Origin: a virus
Taxonomy: Duplodnaviria > Caudoviricetes
Length of the DNA stretch: 64,000 bases
Strand: one strand, 5' to 3'
IMG/VR virus record: IMGVR_UViG_3300014205_000204
Span: 20,485 to 84,484 of that record
Below the pieces are notes generated by a model, which was given only the letters and a program-made list of their open reading frames with translations, ran no database searches and was not told the DNA's origin. Positions 28,341-37,820 of the stretch are shown here, one piece after another. The translations under genes were made by a program, and so were the position numbers. Position 1 is the first letter of the stretch; the number at the start of each line of letters is the position of its first letter.

Positions 28341-30694
28341 CAGTCGATGGTGGTTACGTCCACCCTCTGCTCGTCGCGCTTTTCCGTCCTTTCCTCGCCG
28401 TACTTCGGGGTGTCGACATAGTCTCCCCTCTCCCGGTCGAACTGCACGACTATGTGCTTCTCCCCGTTCGGGTTCCTGGCCTTGGGTACGATGATGTGGG
28501 TGTTCACGTACCTTCCGGAATTGTCCGCCATGATCTTCTTCATGGCGTCCATCTTTGTCTCCTTGCCCTTTTTCTGCGCGTCCGACGCCGATTCCCCCCT
28601 CTCCCTCCAGAGGTTGATCACGTAGGACGCGTTCTGCCCGAGCGCCGCGGAATCCTTGAACGATTCGATAGTCGGCAGTTCCCCGTTGGTCTTCCTGTAA
28701 TGGGCGACGATGGGAAGCCTGAGCCCGTTCTTGTTGATCTCGTGCTTGGCCTCGACCATGAACCTCTCGATGGCGTCGTTCTTGTTCCCCTTGCCCTCCT
28801 CGAAGTCCATGTGGTGCAAGTGGTCAAGGCAGAGGACCTTGTACCCGCCGTCGACCGCCCTGGCCATCAGCTCCTTCAGCTGCCTGAACGACAGCCTGCC
28901 GTCGCAGGTCACGAGGGTCATCCCGCACTTCTTGACGTCGCTCCTGGCCTCGTCCATCATCTCGCGGAAGGCGTCACCCGACAGCTCGTTCCTGCGGAAG
29001 GCGTTCCATGGGTATCTCGGACGGCCCCGTGACTTCGCGATCTCGTTGATCCTGTAGTAGAGCGCCCTGATCGCGTAGTCCTGCACCCTGTCCTCGAGCG
29101 CGGCCAGCATGACCTTCGTGCCTGCCGCGTCGGCTCGCCTCAGGATGTTCTGGATCAGCGTGGTCTTGCCGCTGTTGTGGTGGCAGATGCCGTAGCCGTC
29201 GACGTAAAGCCTGTCGCCCTCCTCCAGCTCGAAGCCGTAGTACTCCCCGACGCCGGCGTCCTCGAGCGTGAAGTCGAACGTCACGTCGACGTAGTAGCCA
29301 CCGGCCCGCCTGCATTCCCTCACGCTGTCCTTGACCAGGGTCGTCCTGTTCAGCCTGTTTACCATATACTCCGGGATGCGCGGCTTCCAAAGCTTCCATA
29401 TGTCCCTCCTGGGCAGGTCCTTCTCGTCGAACACGTACCTCTTGAGGGTTGACGCCTTGATGTTCATCAGGTGCCTTCCGTTCCTGCTGTGGTGCGATCC
29501 GCCGCCGGCGTTGTTCTCTTCCAGCCAGACGCTGAAGACGTGGTCGCGGTTGACGACGAACGGCGGGCACTGGCCTTCGGCGGGGACTACCCTGATCATC
29601 TTGTCCAGGCCGTAGTGCAGCCTGCCTACCTTCCTTGACTTGCCGTCCGGTCCCATGACGAAATCCCCGACCATGACCTTCTCGACGGCCTTCAGCTCCC
29701 CGTCCCACATCCTTATCGGGTGGCCCTTCTCATGGCAGCCAGTCGATCCGCCGAACAGGGGAAGCTCGCCGGGCATCATGCCCGTCAGCGCCTCGTCAAG
29801 GAAGTTATAGCCGTACGAGACGATGTCCTCCGGCCTAGTCGAGGCCAGCTCGCTGTAGCCCATGTCCATGGCCTCTCCCCAGCTGATGACGTTGACGCTC
29901 GACGGCGGCTTCCTGGGGGTGTCCTTGGCTATCTCCCTCTCCCATGCCGGCTGGTCGTTTACCGCCCTTTTCGCCACGCTCTCGAAAACGCTCCTCAACT
30001 CCCTTTCCGTCAGTTGCGGCTCGCACTGCTCCCTGTTCCACCTCAGCATCCTCGGCCAGACCTTTCCCTCCCAGTCGTACGGCCTCGTGAACCTCATGAG
30101 CTTTCCGCAGGCGCTCGCGGCCACCGTGTTCCTGTTACCTTGGGACGCCGATTCAAGCTCAACCTCGAACTCACCCAGCATCACCCCCGGGGGATGCGCG
30201 ACGCCGGTCGCGAACAGGTCGATCTCCTTCCTGAAAAGATGCTCCGGGAAAGGCCGTATCTCCATGTCATTCATGAACTCGTACCTGTTGCCTGACCTGT
30301 GCAGCGAGGGCGGCGCGACGACCTGCCCGCCGTCGCCGCGGATGTCCGTGAGCGGCATGATCCTCGCGGCGTTCCCCCTCCCCGGTGAGTGCCTGTAATA
30401 GAGGTGGTAGCCTCCCCCTCCCGTCCTGACCATCAGTGTCGGAGGGAAGTGGGAGCAGTCCCCTCCCTTCTCGACGTCGATCACGGTGAGGTCGCTTACC
30501 CTTCCGGTAACTATCCCGACATTGACGTACTTGCCTTCCCCGAACCACTCGACAAGCTCCTCGTCGGTCGGCGTCCTCTCCTGGTAAACCTTCCAGGATA
30601 TGATGGGGTACTTGTCGTCTCCCAAGGGGACGACTGACCACCCGCGGCGCACGTACCCCCGTGCAGCCTCGAGCGTGTTAATGAAAATGCCCAT
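28337..30694 (-). CDS. primase-helicase (Prim-Pol + DnaB-like) containing an intein
   Basis: GWSVVPLG..NVGIVTG..VIDVE..TGGGGYHLYY; Walker A GGSTG|SGKT split by intein; LDHLH; KARN. Confidence 0.9.
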   Translation of the reverse strand: MGIFINTLEAARGYVRRGWSVVPLGDDKYPIISWKVYQERTPTDEELVEWFGEGKYVNVGIVTGRVSDLTVIDVEKGGDCSHFPPTLMVRTGGGGYHLYYRHSPGRGNAARIMPLTDIRGDGGQVVAPPSLHRSGNRYEFMNDMEIRPFPEHLFRKEIDLFATGVAHPPGVMLGEFEVELESASQGNRNTVAASACGKLMRFTRPYDWEGKVWPRMLRWNREQCEPQLTERELRSVFESVAKRAVNDQPAWEREIAKDTPRKPPSSVNVISWGEAMDMGYSELASTRPEDIVSYGYNFLDEALTGMMPGELPLFGGSTGCHEKGHPIRMWDGELKAVEKVMVGDFVMGPDGKSRKVGRLHYGLDKMIRVVPAEGQCPPFVVNRDHVFSVWLEENNAGGGSHHSRNGRHLMNIKASTLKRYVFDEKDLPRRDIWKLWKPRIPEYMVNRLNRTTLVKDSVRECRRAGGYYVDVTFDFTLEDAGVGEYYGFELEEGDRLYVDGYGICHHNSGKTTLIQNILRRADAAGTKVMLAALEDRVQDYAIRALYYRINEIAKSRGRPRYPWNAFRRNELSGDAFREMMDEARSDVKKCGMTLVTCDGRLSFRQLKELMARAVDGGYKVLCLDHLHHMDFEEGKGNKNDAIERFMVEAKHEINKNGLRLPIVAHYRKTNGELPTIESFKDSAALGQNASYVINLWRERGESASDAQKKGKETKMDAMKKIMADNSGRYVNTHIIVPKARNPNGEKHIVVQFDRERGDYVDTPKYGEERTEKRDEQRVDVTTIDW
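29174..29737 (-). mobile_element. mini-intein (188 aa) in helicase Walker A
   Basis: Starts CHEKGHPIRMWDG, block B NRDHVF, ends YYGFELE...CHHN followed by Ser; no LAGLIDADG motif seen. Confidence 0.9.
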
Positions 30695-30706
30695 TATTGT
30701 TTTACC

Positions 30707-31207
30707 TTATTCCGCGGGTTCAAGCTCCCCCCACGGCAGGCTGTCCCTCATCCACTCCGTCCTCATCGCCTCGTCGACGTCCACGAGCGTCATGTTTCGC
30801 GCAAAATTCCTCACCTCGTCCGTGGAAGTCTCCTCGTCGACGCTCAGGTCATGCGGTCGCTTGACGTTCACCTCCGACCACCTGTACCCGTCGTTGTCCC
30901 TTTGCCTCACGTACACGGCCGCCCTCCGGTACTCCCGGTTGTCCTCCCCCACCGCTGGTTTCCTGATCGCGAACCATCCGGCCTCGAACGCCGTCCAGTT
31001 CTCGTTGTAGTTGGCGAGAGCCCAGTAGACATCCAGCCCCCTATGCTCGGGCGGGGTGCCTGCGGGGCTCTTGGGCGGCGGCAGGAGGTCGTTGAACGTC
31101 GACGACGAGCAGTATGACTGCCCCCTTCCCCACGCCTCTATGGCCTGGGTGAACTGCTCGTCGGTCAGGAACCTCCACCCGTCGCCGTAGTATTTGACAA
31201 GCTTCAT
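30707..31207 (-). CDS. hypothetical protein
   Basis: 166-aa ORF in replication operon. Confidence 0.6.
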   Translation of the reverse strand: MKLVKYYGDGWRFLTDEQFTQAIEAWGRGQSYCSSSTFNDLLPPPKSPAGTPPEHRGLDVYWALANYNENWTAFEAGWFAIRKPAVGEDNREYRRAAVYVRQRDNDGYRWSEVNVKRPHDLSVDEETSTDEVRNFARNMTLVDVDEAMRTEWMRDSLPWGELEPAE

Positions 31208-31210
31208 TGT

Positions 31211-31804
31211 TTATCCGCTGACAATTTTGTTAGACTTCCCCTCGTCGTTCCTCTTCTTCCAGGCGACGGCCTTGTGCCACCGTAGCTCGAGGTCCCTTAA
31301 CGACTTGAACGTGGGCGCGAACTGGTCAAAGCTGGCGTAGCCGGCGGACAGCGAGTCTATCATGCCGATGACGGAATTTTCCCCGAACTGCCTCACGAGG
31401 CTGACTGCCGAGTCGCTGTTGTACTTCGCCCCCCAGAACGTCGCCTTGGCGATTTTCGTGGCGTCGCCCAGGCATGCCTTCTCGAACTTCGCCATTATGG
31501 CCCTTGCCTCGGGTACCGCGACCACCATGTCGCTGACCTCGACCTTCGGTGCCTCCTTCCTTAACGGGACGGAGAGCGTGTACGTGGCCGCGCCGGTTTC
31601 CCTTATGTACCCATGAGCCACGAGCCTCGACAGAGATTCCCTCGCCTCATTGACCTTCCTGCCTGACCTGGACGCCAGGGCAGGGACGGTGACCTTTCCC
31701 TCCCCGCGCGACATGAACGTACTGGCTGCCGCCAGTGTCCGGACGTCGGCATCGCTCAGCTCCTTGTCGGAGAGAGCGCTTTCCTCGATGATCGCGAAGG
31801 CCAT
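31211..31804 (-). CDS. winged-HTH replication initiator-like protein
   Basis: LSDKELSDADVRTL...TVPALASRSG...LSRLVAHGYI wHTH pattern; upstream of primase-helicase. Confidence 0.6.
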   Translation of the reverse strand: MAFAIIEESALSDKELSDADVRTLAAASTFMSRGEGKVTVPALASRSGRKVNEARESLSRLVAHGYIRETGAATYTLSVPLRKEAPKVEVSDMVVAVPEARAIMAKFEKACLGDATKIAKATFWGAKYNSDSAVSLVRQFGENSVIGMIDSLSAGYASFDQFAPTFKSLRDLELRWHKAVAWKKRNDEGKSNKIVSG

Positions 31805-31845
31805 GGGTGTGCGCGGGTTAGGACATGATGAGAAGTTGGTGCCTC

Positions 31846-31874
31846 TTGACAGTTTCTAAATTAACATATAACAT
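31846..31874 (+). promoter_or_regulatory. possible sigma70-type promoter
   Basis: TTGACA-17 nt-TAACAT. Confidence 0.4.
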
Positions 31875-32107
31875 TTTGTGGCATGACTGGCAATACCCCC
31901 ATATTGCCACTGTGTTGTGCGTTTTTTGGCCTACGCTACATGATCATATCCACAAGTAACTTGCGCGTCGTAATCCCAGGTTTCCTGCCCGTTTCCCTGG
32001 GACAACATTTTTTTCCCATTTCACGCGCGATGTGAGACTTCAGTGCGACAGATCATGACGAGGCAACAGCGAGAAGGCCAGATCGCTACTGTGCCTACAG
32101 AAGAACC

Positions 32108-32163
32108 AAAAAAGGAGACTGCCTGCCGCTTTGTCCAAGCCGGCTGCCGATGTCTCCTTTTTT
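32108..32163. terminator. bidirectional terminator-like hairpin
   Basis: AAAAAAGGAGAC...GTCTCCTTTTTT. Confidence 0.7.
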
Positions 32164-32231
32164 GCGTTATTCAGTTGTGAAAGAGCTAAAGAACAGAAGG
32201 GGGAACTGACTTTTCATCAAACATTTTTCGG

Positions 32232-32516
32232 CTATCCGCCGTTTTCGATACGCTCGATCTCCTGGTTGACCTTCGTCTTCAGTGACCGCTGGTGGGTTAC
32301 GAACACCTTGGGCTCCACGAGGCACTTGGAGGACCAGTAGTCCTTCTCGCATGCCCTGAGCTCCTCGGTGTCCTGGAAAAGAAACCACCCCTTTGCCCGT
32401 TTCCTCTCGCCTTCCAGAATGATCTGGATGCCATCGATCCCGTGTCCCAGCGACATTAGAGTCGCTGCGAGCGCCAGGTCGGTCGTGGCCATTGGCTTGT
32501 CGGTTTTTAATGTCAT
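32232..32516 (-). CDS. DUF5659-like protein
   Basis: TTDLALAATL...KGWFLF...YWSSKCLVEPKVF pattern recalled for this family. Confidence 0.6.
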   Translation of the reverse strand: MTLKTDKPMATTDLALAATLMSLGHGIDGIQIILEGERKRAKGWFLFQDTEELRACEKDYWSSKCLVEPKVFVTHQRSLKTKVNQEIERIENGG

Positions 32517-32559
32517 ATCCTTTTTTGTTTTTGTTTTTACCCTTTCCCCCTCTACTTAA

Positions 32560-32608
32560 ATTATATCACATCTTTTCGCGGAAAATGACCTTTTTTTCAT
32601 GGTATAAT
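32560..32608. promoter_or_regulatory. back-to-back extended -10 promoters around an inverted repeat
   Basis: TGATATAAT on - (32560-32568), TGGTATAAT on + (32600-32608), TTTTCGCGGAAAA between. Confidence 0.65.
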
Positions 32609-32651
32609 TAAGGTGTAGGGAAGGAGAGATCTCCCTGCAAACTACTAACAT

Positions 32652-32777
32652 ATGGAAAACGTAACGAATGCCTGGTCGGTACTCGATTCCTCGAGGGAGG
32701 GCAGCCTTAAGCCCGACTTCGGGAAGTCGCGGAAGGCGCGGGCAGTGAGGAAGACAAGGCGCAGCAAGAAAAAGTAA
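32652..32777 (+). CDS. 41-aa basic peptide (not in ORF track)
   Basis: MENVTNAW...RKTRRSKKK; first ORF after + promoter. Confidence 0.5.
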   Translation: MENVTNAWSVLDSSREGSLKPDFGKSRKARAVRKTRRSKKK

Positions 32778-32793
32778 ATAATAAAAAACAAAT

Positions 32794-33138
32794 ATGGCTT
32801 GTAAGAGCAAAAAAGGCAAGGCAGTACGCGCGGTCAAGAAAGGCAAGAAGGATGGTAAGGGAGGACCGGGCATGGAAATGATGATGGGTAGTGCCCCTTC
32901 AATGGGTGCACGTCCCCCGATGGGTGGCGCCCCTTCAATGGGTGCACGTCCCCCGATGGGTGGCGCCCCTTCAATGGGTGCACGTCCCCCGATGGCACCG
33001 GCCAAGGGCATCTCCTCGGTCGCCGCTGCAGTCAAGGCGGCCGTCGCCGGCCTCTCCCCCGAGGACCGCGCCCGCGTCGGCAAGATGACCGTCGATGAGC
33101 TTCTTTCCGGCGGTGCCGCATCCCCTGAAGTAGAGTAG
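32794..33138 (+). CDS. basic low-complexity protein with 12-aa repeats
   Basis: K-rich N-terminus; APSMGARPPMGG repeated about three times. Confidence 0.7.
   Translation: MACKSKKGKAVRAVKKGKKDGKGGPGMEMMMGSAPSMGARPPMGGAPSMGARPPMGGAPSMGARPPMAPAKGISSVAAAVKAAVAGLSPEDRARVGKMTVDELLSGGAASPEVE
32893..32995 (+). repeat. 36-bp tandem repeat, about 2.9 copies
   Basis: GCCCCTTCAATGGGTGCACGTCCCCCGATGGGTGGC repeated exactly. Confidence 0.9.
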
Positions 33139-33140
33139 TA

Positions 33141-33509
33141 ATGTCCATCTCAAGCACCGTCCGCGACTTTAAGGCAACCGTCAGGGAAACGCCGTCAAGG
33201 ATGGGCGATGCCGTTCGCGGACTGAAGAAGGACCTCAAGGCTTCCTCCGAGTCAAGGAAGGGCCTCACGAAAGCTAACATGGTCGCCGACGGCCGGGACA
33301 AGGAAAAGTTCGACGCTTCGGCCAAGGCTGAAGGCAACTTGAAGGACGCCTACTCTTCCGGAGAGACGCTTGCCGACCGGGTCAACATGGCCCATACGAC
33401 CAGCGACCGCGGGAGGAAGTCCCTCGAGAGGGAACAGAAAAAGTCGAGGTTCGGCGCGGCTCTGGCCGGCAGGTACAATGTAGGGCAGGCGCGCCGGAAG
33501 GTAAAATAG
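33141..33509 (+). CDS. basic helical hypothetical protein
   Basis: 122 aa, K/R-rich, tight coupling. Confidence 0.65.
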   Translation: MSISSTVRDFKATVRETPSRMGDAVRGLKKDLKASSESRKGLTKANMVADGRDKEKFDASAKAEGNLKDAYSSGETLADRVNMAHTTSDRGRKSLEREQKKSRFGAALAGRYNVGQARRKVK

Positions 33510-33522
33510 TAAAACAAAAAGT

Positions 33523-33714
33523 ATGCAAAAACAAAAGAAATCCAAGCTAATCCGAGAGGCGCCGTACTTTTCTGGCAAGTGCAAGAAGTGCGACGGAAAG
33601 GGAGGCTTTGCCTCCAGCCTTACGTCTTCCGGCAGCCAGTCCGCGATGGGCAAGGCCATCGGCTCTCTCGCCAAGCCGACAGGGATGAGGAAGCCTAAGC
33701 CGCGGGTGGTGTGA
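33523..33714 (+). CDS. small basic protein
   Basis: 63 aa, CKKC, A-rich leader. Confidence 0.55.
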   Translation: MQKQKKSKLIREAPYFSGKCKKCDGKGGFASSLTSSGSQSAMGKAIGSLAKPTGMRKPKPRVV

Positions 33715-34580
33715 ACAAGTCCCTAGGGGAGAAGAGTAAGGACGTCGGAAGGAATATCTATGACTTCCTCGGAAACGCGGCCCTGGGTGCCCGTCGCAGA
33801 CTGGACGAGCTGAAGGGCGATATCCAGTTGGCGAAGGATGTCGCGACCATCCCGGAAGCGCGGGAGTGGTACGCCGGCGAGAAGAGGAAGAACCTCAAGG
33901 ACATGGGTGCCGCCGTCCGCAGGACTCTTGCCGGCAGGAAGGGAAAGGAGTACGAGGAGGAGACGAGGAGGATCAACCGTGAGCTTGTCAACCAGCTGTA
34001 CGACCGCAAAGAAACAGGGAAGTTCTCACCGGAGGAGACAGCGGACCTTGTCATGGGTCTTCCTTCTCTCCACAGCGGGGAGAATATGGGCGTCTATGGC
34101 GACGTGATCAGCGAAAGGGAGTTCAAGCCTTATGAAGGCCGGAACGTTCTGGACCTGGGGCGTGGCTACAAGGGGAACCGTGAAATGAGGTCTGAGTGGA
34201 TCGCGGCATATTACGACCCCTCGCACAGTACGCTGGCAATGGATCCGTCCCTTGACTTCAGTGACGTGAACGTGCTTCACGAGCGTGCCCATGAGTACCA
34301 GGACAAGACGTCCGGGATGACCAAGTTCTACGACTCGACCACCGGGAAAACGGTCAACCGACAGGAGTTCTACGCCCGCCTCAAGCAGGCGGAGTACAAT
34401 GACCCGCTCGCCGCCGAAATCATAGGGTGGGCGAAGAAAGAAGCCGCAATGTATTCCAATGACCCAAGCCACATACCGAGTGAGATCTACGCCAGACTGG
34501 CTACGGCAAAGCTAATGATGCCGAAGGAGCAGTTTAAGAGCATAATGCCGGAAGTCTACGCACTCCTCCCCTGGAAGTGA
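33711..34580 (+). CDS. zincin-like (HExxH) protein
   Basis: VLHERAHEYQD plus downstream SEIYARL. Confidence 0.65.
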   Translation: MNKSLGEKSKDVGRNIYDFLGNAALGARRRLDELKGDIQLAKDVATIPEAREWYAGEKRKNLKDMGAAVRRTLAGRKGKEYEEETRRINRELVNQLYDRKETGKFSPEETADLVMGLPSLHSGENMGVYGDVISEREFKPYEGRNVLDLGRGYKGNREMRSEWIAAYYDPSHSTLAMDPSLDFSDVNVLHERAHEYQDKTSGMTKFYDSTTGKTVNRQEFYARLKQAEYNDPLAAEIIGWAKKEAAMYSNDPSHIPSEIYARLATAKLMMPKEQFKSIMPEVYALLPWK

Positions 34581-34586
34581 ATAGAC

Positions 34587-34620
34587 AAAAAAAAAGCGCG
34601 ATATTCTCGCGCTTTTTTTT
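34587..34620. terminator. bidirectional intrinsic terminator
   Basis: A9-GCGCGA-tattc-TCGCGC-T8 between convergent genes. Confidence 0.9.
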
Positions 34621-34626
34621 GCTATC

Positions 34627-35022
34627 CTAGTAGCCGTTGCCTCCGTAAGACTTTGTGATGGCGACCTGGGCGATCTTCAATGCGTCGATCTGCCTGACGA
34701 TGACGTTGGCCTCTGATTCGGCTTCCGCGGCTTCCGCGTAGGCGCAGATTTCCCTGTCACCCACCCTGACCGTGTCGGCCTTGGCCATGGCCTCGGCCTT
34801 GACCGCCGACTGGGCCTTGCCGGTCTGCGAGTCGTTCTCGTTCATGCGGGCAGCGAGGGTGGCGTGGTAGGCGCGCCTTGCGGCCGTCTCTACCTTTGCC
34901 ACCTCGCTGAGGCACCCGGCGAGGCTGACGATGGCCTGGGAGATGGCGATCGGGTTGGCCGAGTCGCCGTTTACTTCCTTCTGGATCTGGGCGTAGATTT
35001 CGTCGTGGTTAGTGAATGTCAT
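34627..35022 (-). CDS. coiled-coil protein, possibly UvsY-like recombination mediator
   Basis: 131 aa helical, adjacent to SbcCD; family call is inference. Confidence 0.4.
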   Translation of the reverse strand: MTFTNHDEIYAQIQKEVNGDSANPIAISQAIVSLAGCLSEVAKVETAARRAYHATLAARMNENDSQTGKAQSAVKAEAMAKADTVRVGDREICAYAEAAEAESEANVIVRQIDALKIAQVAITKSYGGNGY

Positions 35023-35030
35023 GGTAATGG

Positions 35031-35435
35031 CTACTCGTTTATCTTTAGCTTGCCGGTGATCTCATTCCTGCTGGCCTCGCTGATGGTTGGCTCCAGCAGC
35101 CGGTACTCGAGCACCCCGACCTGGGCCAGCAGCTCGATTACGTTGGCCCCGATGACGATGACGTCCATCGCCTCCATCTTGCTCAGGCGTCCGTTTTCGG
35201 CGACGATCCTTTCCACAAGTCCGTTCGTGTTGCCGATGAAGTTGATGCCCTCGAACGAATTGATCTCCTCATGGAACTTGAGATGCTGCTGGAACGCGGT
35301 GATGGTCTCCCTGATGTTCTCGCTGATCTCCTCGTTAATCGTCTCGGCCAGCTTGTCAGCCTGCCCTATGTCCGGGAGGCCGTTGGCATCGATGTGGCGC
35401 CTGAACGCCGAAGTCTTCATTTTACTTTCAGTCAC
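35031..35435 (-). CDS. hypothetical protein
   Basis: 134-aa ORF in operon. Confidence 0.6.
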   Translation of the reverse strand: MTESKMKTSAFRRHIDANGLPDIGQADKLAETINEEISENIRETITAFQQHLKFHEEINSFEGINFIGNTNGLVERIVAENGRLSKMEAMDVIVIGANVIELLAQVGVLEYRLLEPTISEASRNEITGKLKINE

Positions 35436-35446
35436 AGTTTTGTTGG

Positions 35447-37513
35447 TTAATTACGGTTGACTCTCGACTTTCCACCGGCCTTCTCGACGGTGAGGACGTC
35501 GTCGAACAGAGTCTTGACCGCGGCGACGTGCGATATGCACATGACCTGCGGGAACCGCTTGCCTAGCCCGACGAGTATCTCGCTGAACCGCTCCACGCTC
35601 TCGTCGTCCAGGCCGATGAAGGTCTCGTCGAAGATGCGGAAGCGGCACTTCTGCATGGAGGCGAGGGCTTCCGTGATGGCCACGGACACCTTCATCCTCT
35701 CGCCGCCGCTGTACCCGTCGTAGTCGATCTCCCGGCCTTCCGCGTTCGTCACCGTGATGAACAGCCCTTCTACCGATTTCTTGCCGTCGGCCGATGGCTT
35801 CTGCGTGGAGAGCGACACCCGCATCCCCGAGAGCGATGACAGGATCTCGTTCGCCCGCGCCTCCAGCCTCGGGATGAGGCGGTCGACGACCATGGCCTTT
35901 ACGCCGTTGGTGCCCAAGGCATCCTTGACCAGCGTGACGTCATCAAGAGTCGAGGACAGGGATTCCGCTGAAGCTCTTGCGACTTTCAGCGCCTCTTTGC
36001 TCGCCTCGACCTCCTTCCTGACCTTCTCGATCTCACGGGTGACAGCCTCAGCCTCGCTGAGCTCCCTGTCGGCATTGCGCAGGGAAAGCGAGAGGTCGTC
36101 CTCCCTTGACTTCTGGTCCCTGTACGCTGCCTCAAGCGCCGGGACGGCCGAGACGTAGCCTGAGGTCTCTCTACCAAGGATGTCCAGCTCGCTTGAAATG
36201 GATTCCCTTTCGGCGTTCAGCCTTTCGGCCGCGGACTTCTCTTCCTCCAGGGCGGAGAGCATGGCTTTCGCCGTCACCCCCTGGACCATGAGGTTTTTTT
36301 CCTCGGCGCTGAGGGCGATTGAGTCAGCTTCGCCCTTCATCCTAGCGATCTCCGCGGAAACCCTGGCGTTCTCTGACTTCAGGGCATCGAGGTCGGCGCG
36401 GGCCCTCGCGACTGCCTCGTCAACCTCCGCCTTCCGGGAGTCGCGCGCCTTGGCCGCTATCGGGCACTCCTTGCCGATCACGGGGCATTCCTCGGCGTTC
36501 TCGACGGCGATGCCGGCTGACTTCACTGACAGCCTGACTATCTCGTCCTCGAGCCCCTTCGTGCCCCTTACGGCAGGGGCTAGGAGCCTTACCGTCTCGT
36601 AGAGCTCGCTGGCGCGCCTGTCGCGCTCCACGAGCCTCTCAGACTCCTTCTGGCGTTCCTTGAACGCTTTGATGTCATTGTCTATGTCATCGACGCTCCT
36701 GACGCTCCTGAGGGCCTGGAGGCGGTCGTTGAGGGCGTTCAGCCGGTCCTTCTTGGATTGAATGACGGCATCGGCCGACTTTGCCCCCGAAAGGGACGAG
36801 GCTGCCTCTTCGGATGCCCTCTTCGCGTCGGCGAGTTCGGCAGTGACTGACGATACCCTGGACTTCAGCTGGTTGATGTCGGCAGTGAAGATGGACTCAA
36901 GCGCCTCCAGTTGCGGAGTCTTGTCCATCCTCTCGAGCACCGCGACTTCCGACTTCCTCTCGGACAGCAAGATCGACATTTCCGAACCCTTCAGCTTGGC
37001 CTTCTCCAGCCATCCGTCGATGACCTCGCCGCCGGCCATCTCGAGGAGCAGCTCCTTGCGCCTTGCGGCCGTGGCCTTCACGAACGAGTCAGGAGTTTCC
37101 TGCGGGGAGACGACGGAGTTCACGAAGAGCCCGTACGAGCACCCTGTGATCTCCCTCTCGATGAACGCCTGCCTCTCCTTGGTCCCCTCGAGGGGTGGAA
37201 GAGTCCGCATGGGCGAGTCCAGCGTGATGGCGATAGACTGCGTTCCCTTTGACGAGCACGACCTGAAGATCGTCCACCTGTCGTCGCCGTCGTCGAGGGT
37301 GAGCGTGACGGACATGCCGTCCTTTCCCTTCATGACGAGCCCGCGCGTGTCCGTGCGGCCCACGCCGTAGAGGGCGAAGGCGATCGAGTCAGCCACTGAT
37401 GTTTTCCCTGACCCGCTGGCCCCGTCGATGAGCAGCCTGAGCTCGCCGTCGAAGTCGATCTCGGTAGCCTCATGGGACAGGAAGTTATTCAGCTTTAGTT
37501 TCTTCAGCAGCAT
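35447..37513 (-). CDS. sbcC: SbcC/Rad50-like (gp46-like) ATPase
   Basis: KLKLNNFLSH, GASGSGKTS, coiled coil with CPVIGKEC hook, YSGGE signature, IFDE Walker B, ISH. Confidence 0.92.
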   Translation of the reverse strand: MLLKKLKLNNFLSHEATEIDFDGELRLLIDGASGSGKTSVADSIAFALYGVGRTDTRGLVMKGKDGMSVTLTLDDGDDRWTIFRSCSSKGTQSIAITLDSPMRTLPPLEGTKERQAFIEREITGCSYGLFVNSVVSPQETPDSFVKATAARRKELLLEMAGGEVIDGWLEKAKLKGSEMSILLSERKSEVAVLERMDKTPQLEALESIFTADINQLKSRVSSVTAELADAKRASEEAASSLSGAKSADAVIQSKKDRLNALNDRLQALRSVRSVDDIDNDIKAFKERQKESERLVERDRRASELYETVRLLAPAVRGTKGLEDEIVRLSVKSAGIAVENAEECPVIGKECPIAAKARDSRKAEVDEAVARARADLDALKSENARVSAEIARMKGEADSIALSAEEKNLMVQGVTAKAMLSALEEEKSAAERLNAERESISSELDILGRETSGYVSAVPALEAAYRDQKSREDDLSLSLRNADRELSEAEAVTREIEKVRKEVEASKEALKVARASAESLSSTLDDVTLVKDALGTNGVKAMVVDRLIPRLEARANEILSSLSGMRVSLSTQKPSADGKKSVEGLFITVTNAEGREIDYDGYSGGERMKVSVAITEALASMQKCRFRIFDETFIGLDDESVERFSEILVGLGKRFPQVMCISHVAAVKTLFDDVLTVEKAGGKSRVNRN

Positions 37514-37820
37514 TTTCTTGCATGATTACCTTGGCATCCTCCGTCTGGCTCCTGATGCCGTTCACGACGACCTCGGCCATCGACGGGGAGATCTTGCGCC
37601 TGCCGATCTCGCTTACGTACAGGTCCTTGATCTGCTGAGGAGCCTTCGACTCATCGAGTGCCGCAATGACGTCCTGCATGGCCTTGTCGGACTGCTCGTC
37701 AGTGAAGGTCTCGACGACCGACGGGCCGCTGATGATGCAGCCGATTATGACGTTGGCCTTCTTACCGCAGTGCGGGCACAGTGCCTCGCCGTTTACCGTG
37801 ACGTTAGTCTGTTCGTCCAT
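37485..37820 (-). CDS. hypothetical Zn-ribbon protein
   Basis: CPHCG motif. Confidence 0.55.
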   Translation of the reverse strand: MDEQTNVTVNGEALCPHCGKKANVIIGCIISGPSVVETFTDEQSDKAMQDVIAALDESKAPQQIKDLYVSEIGRRKISPSMAEVVVNGIRSQTEDAKVIMQENAAEETKAE

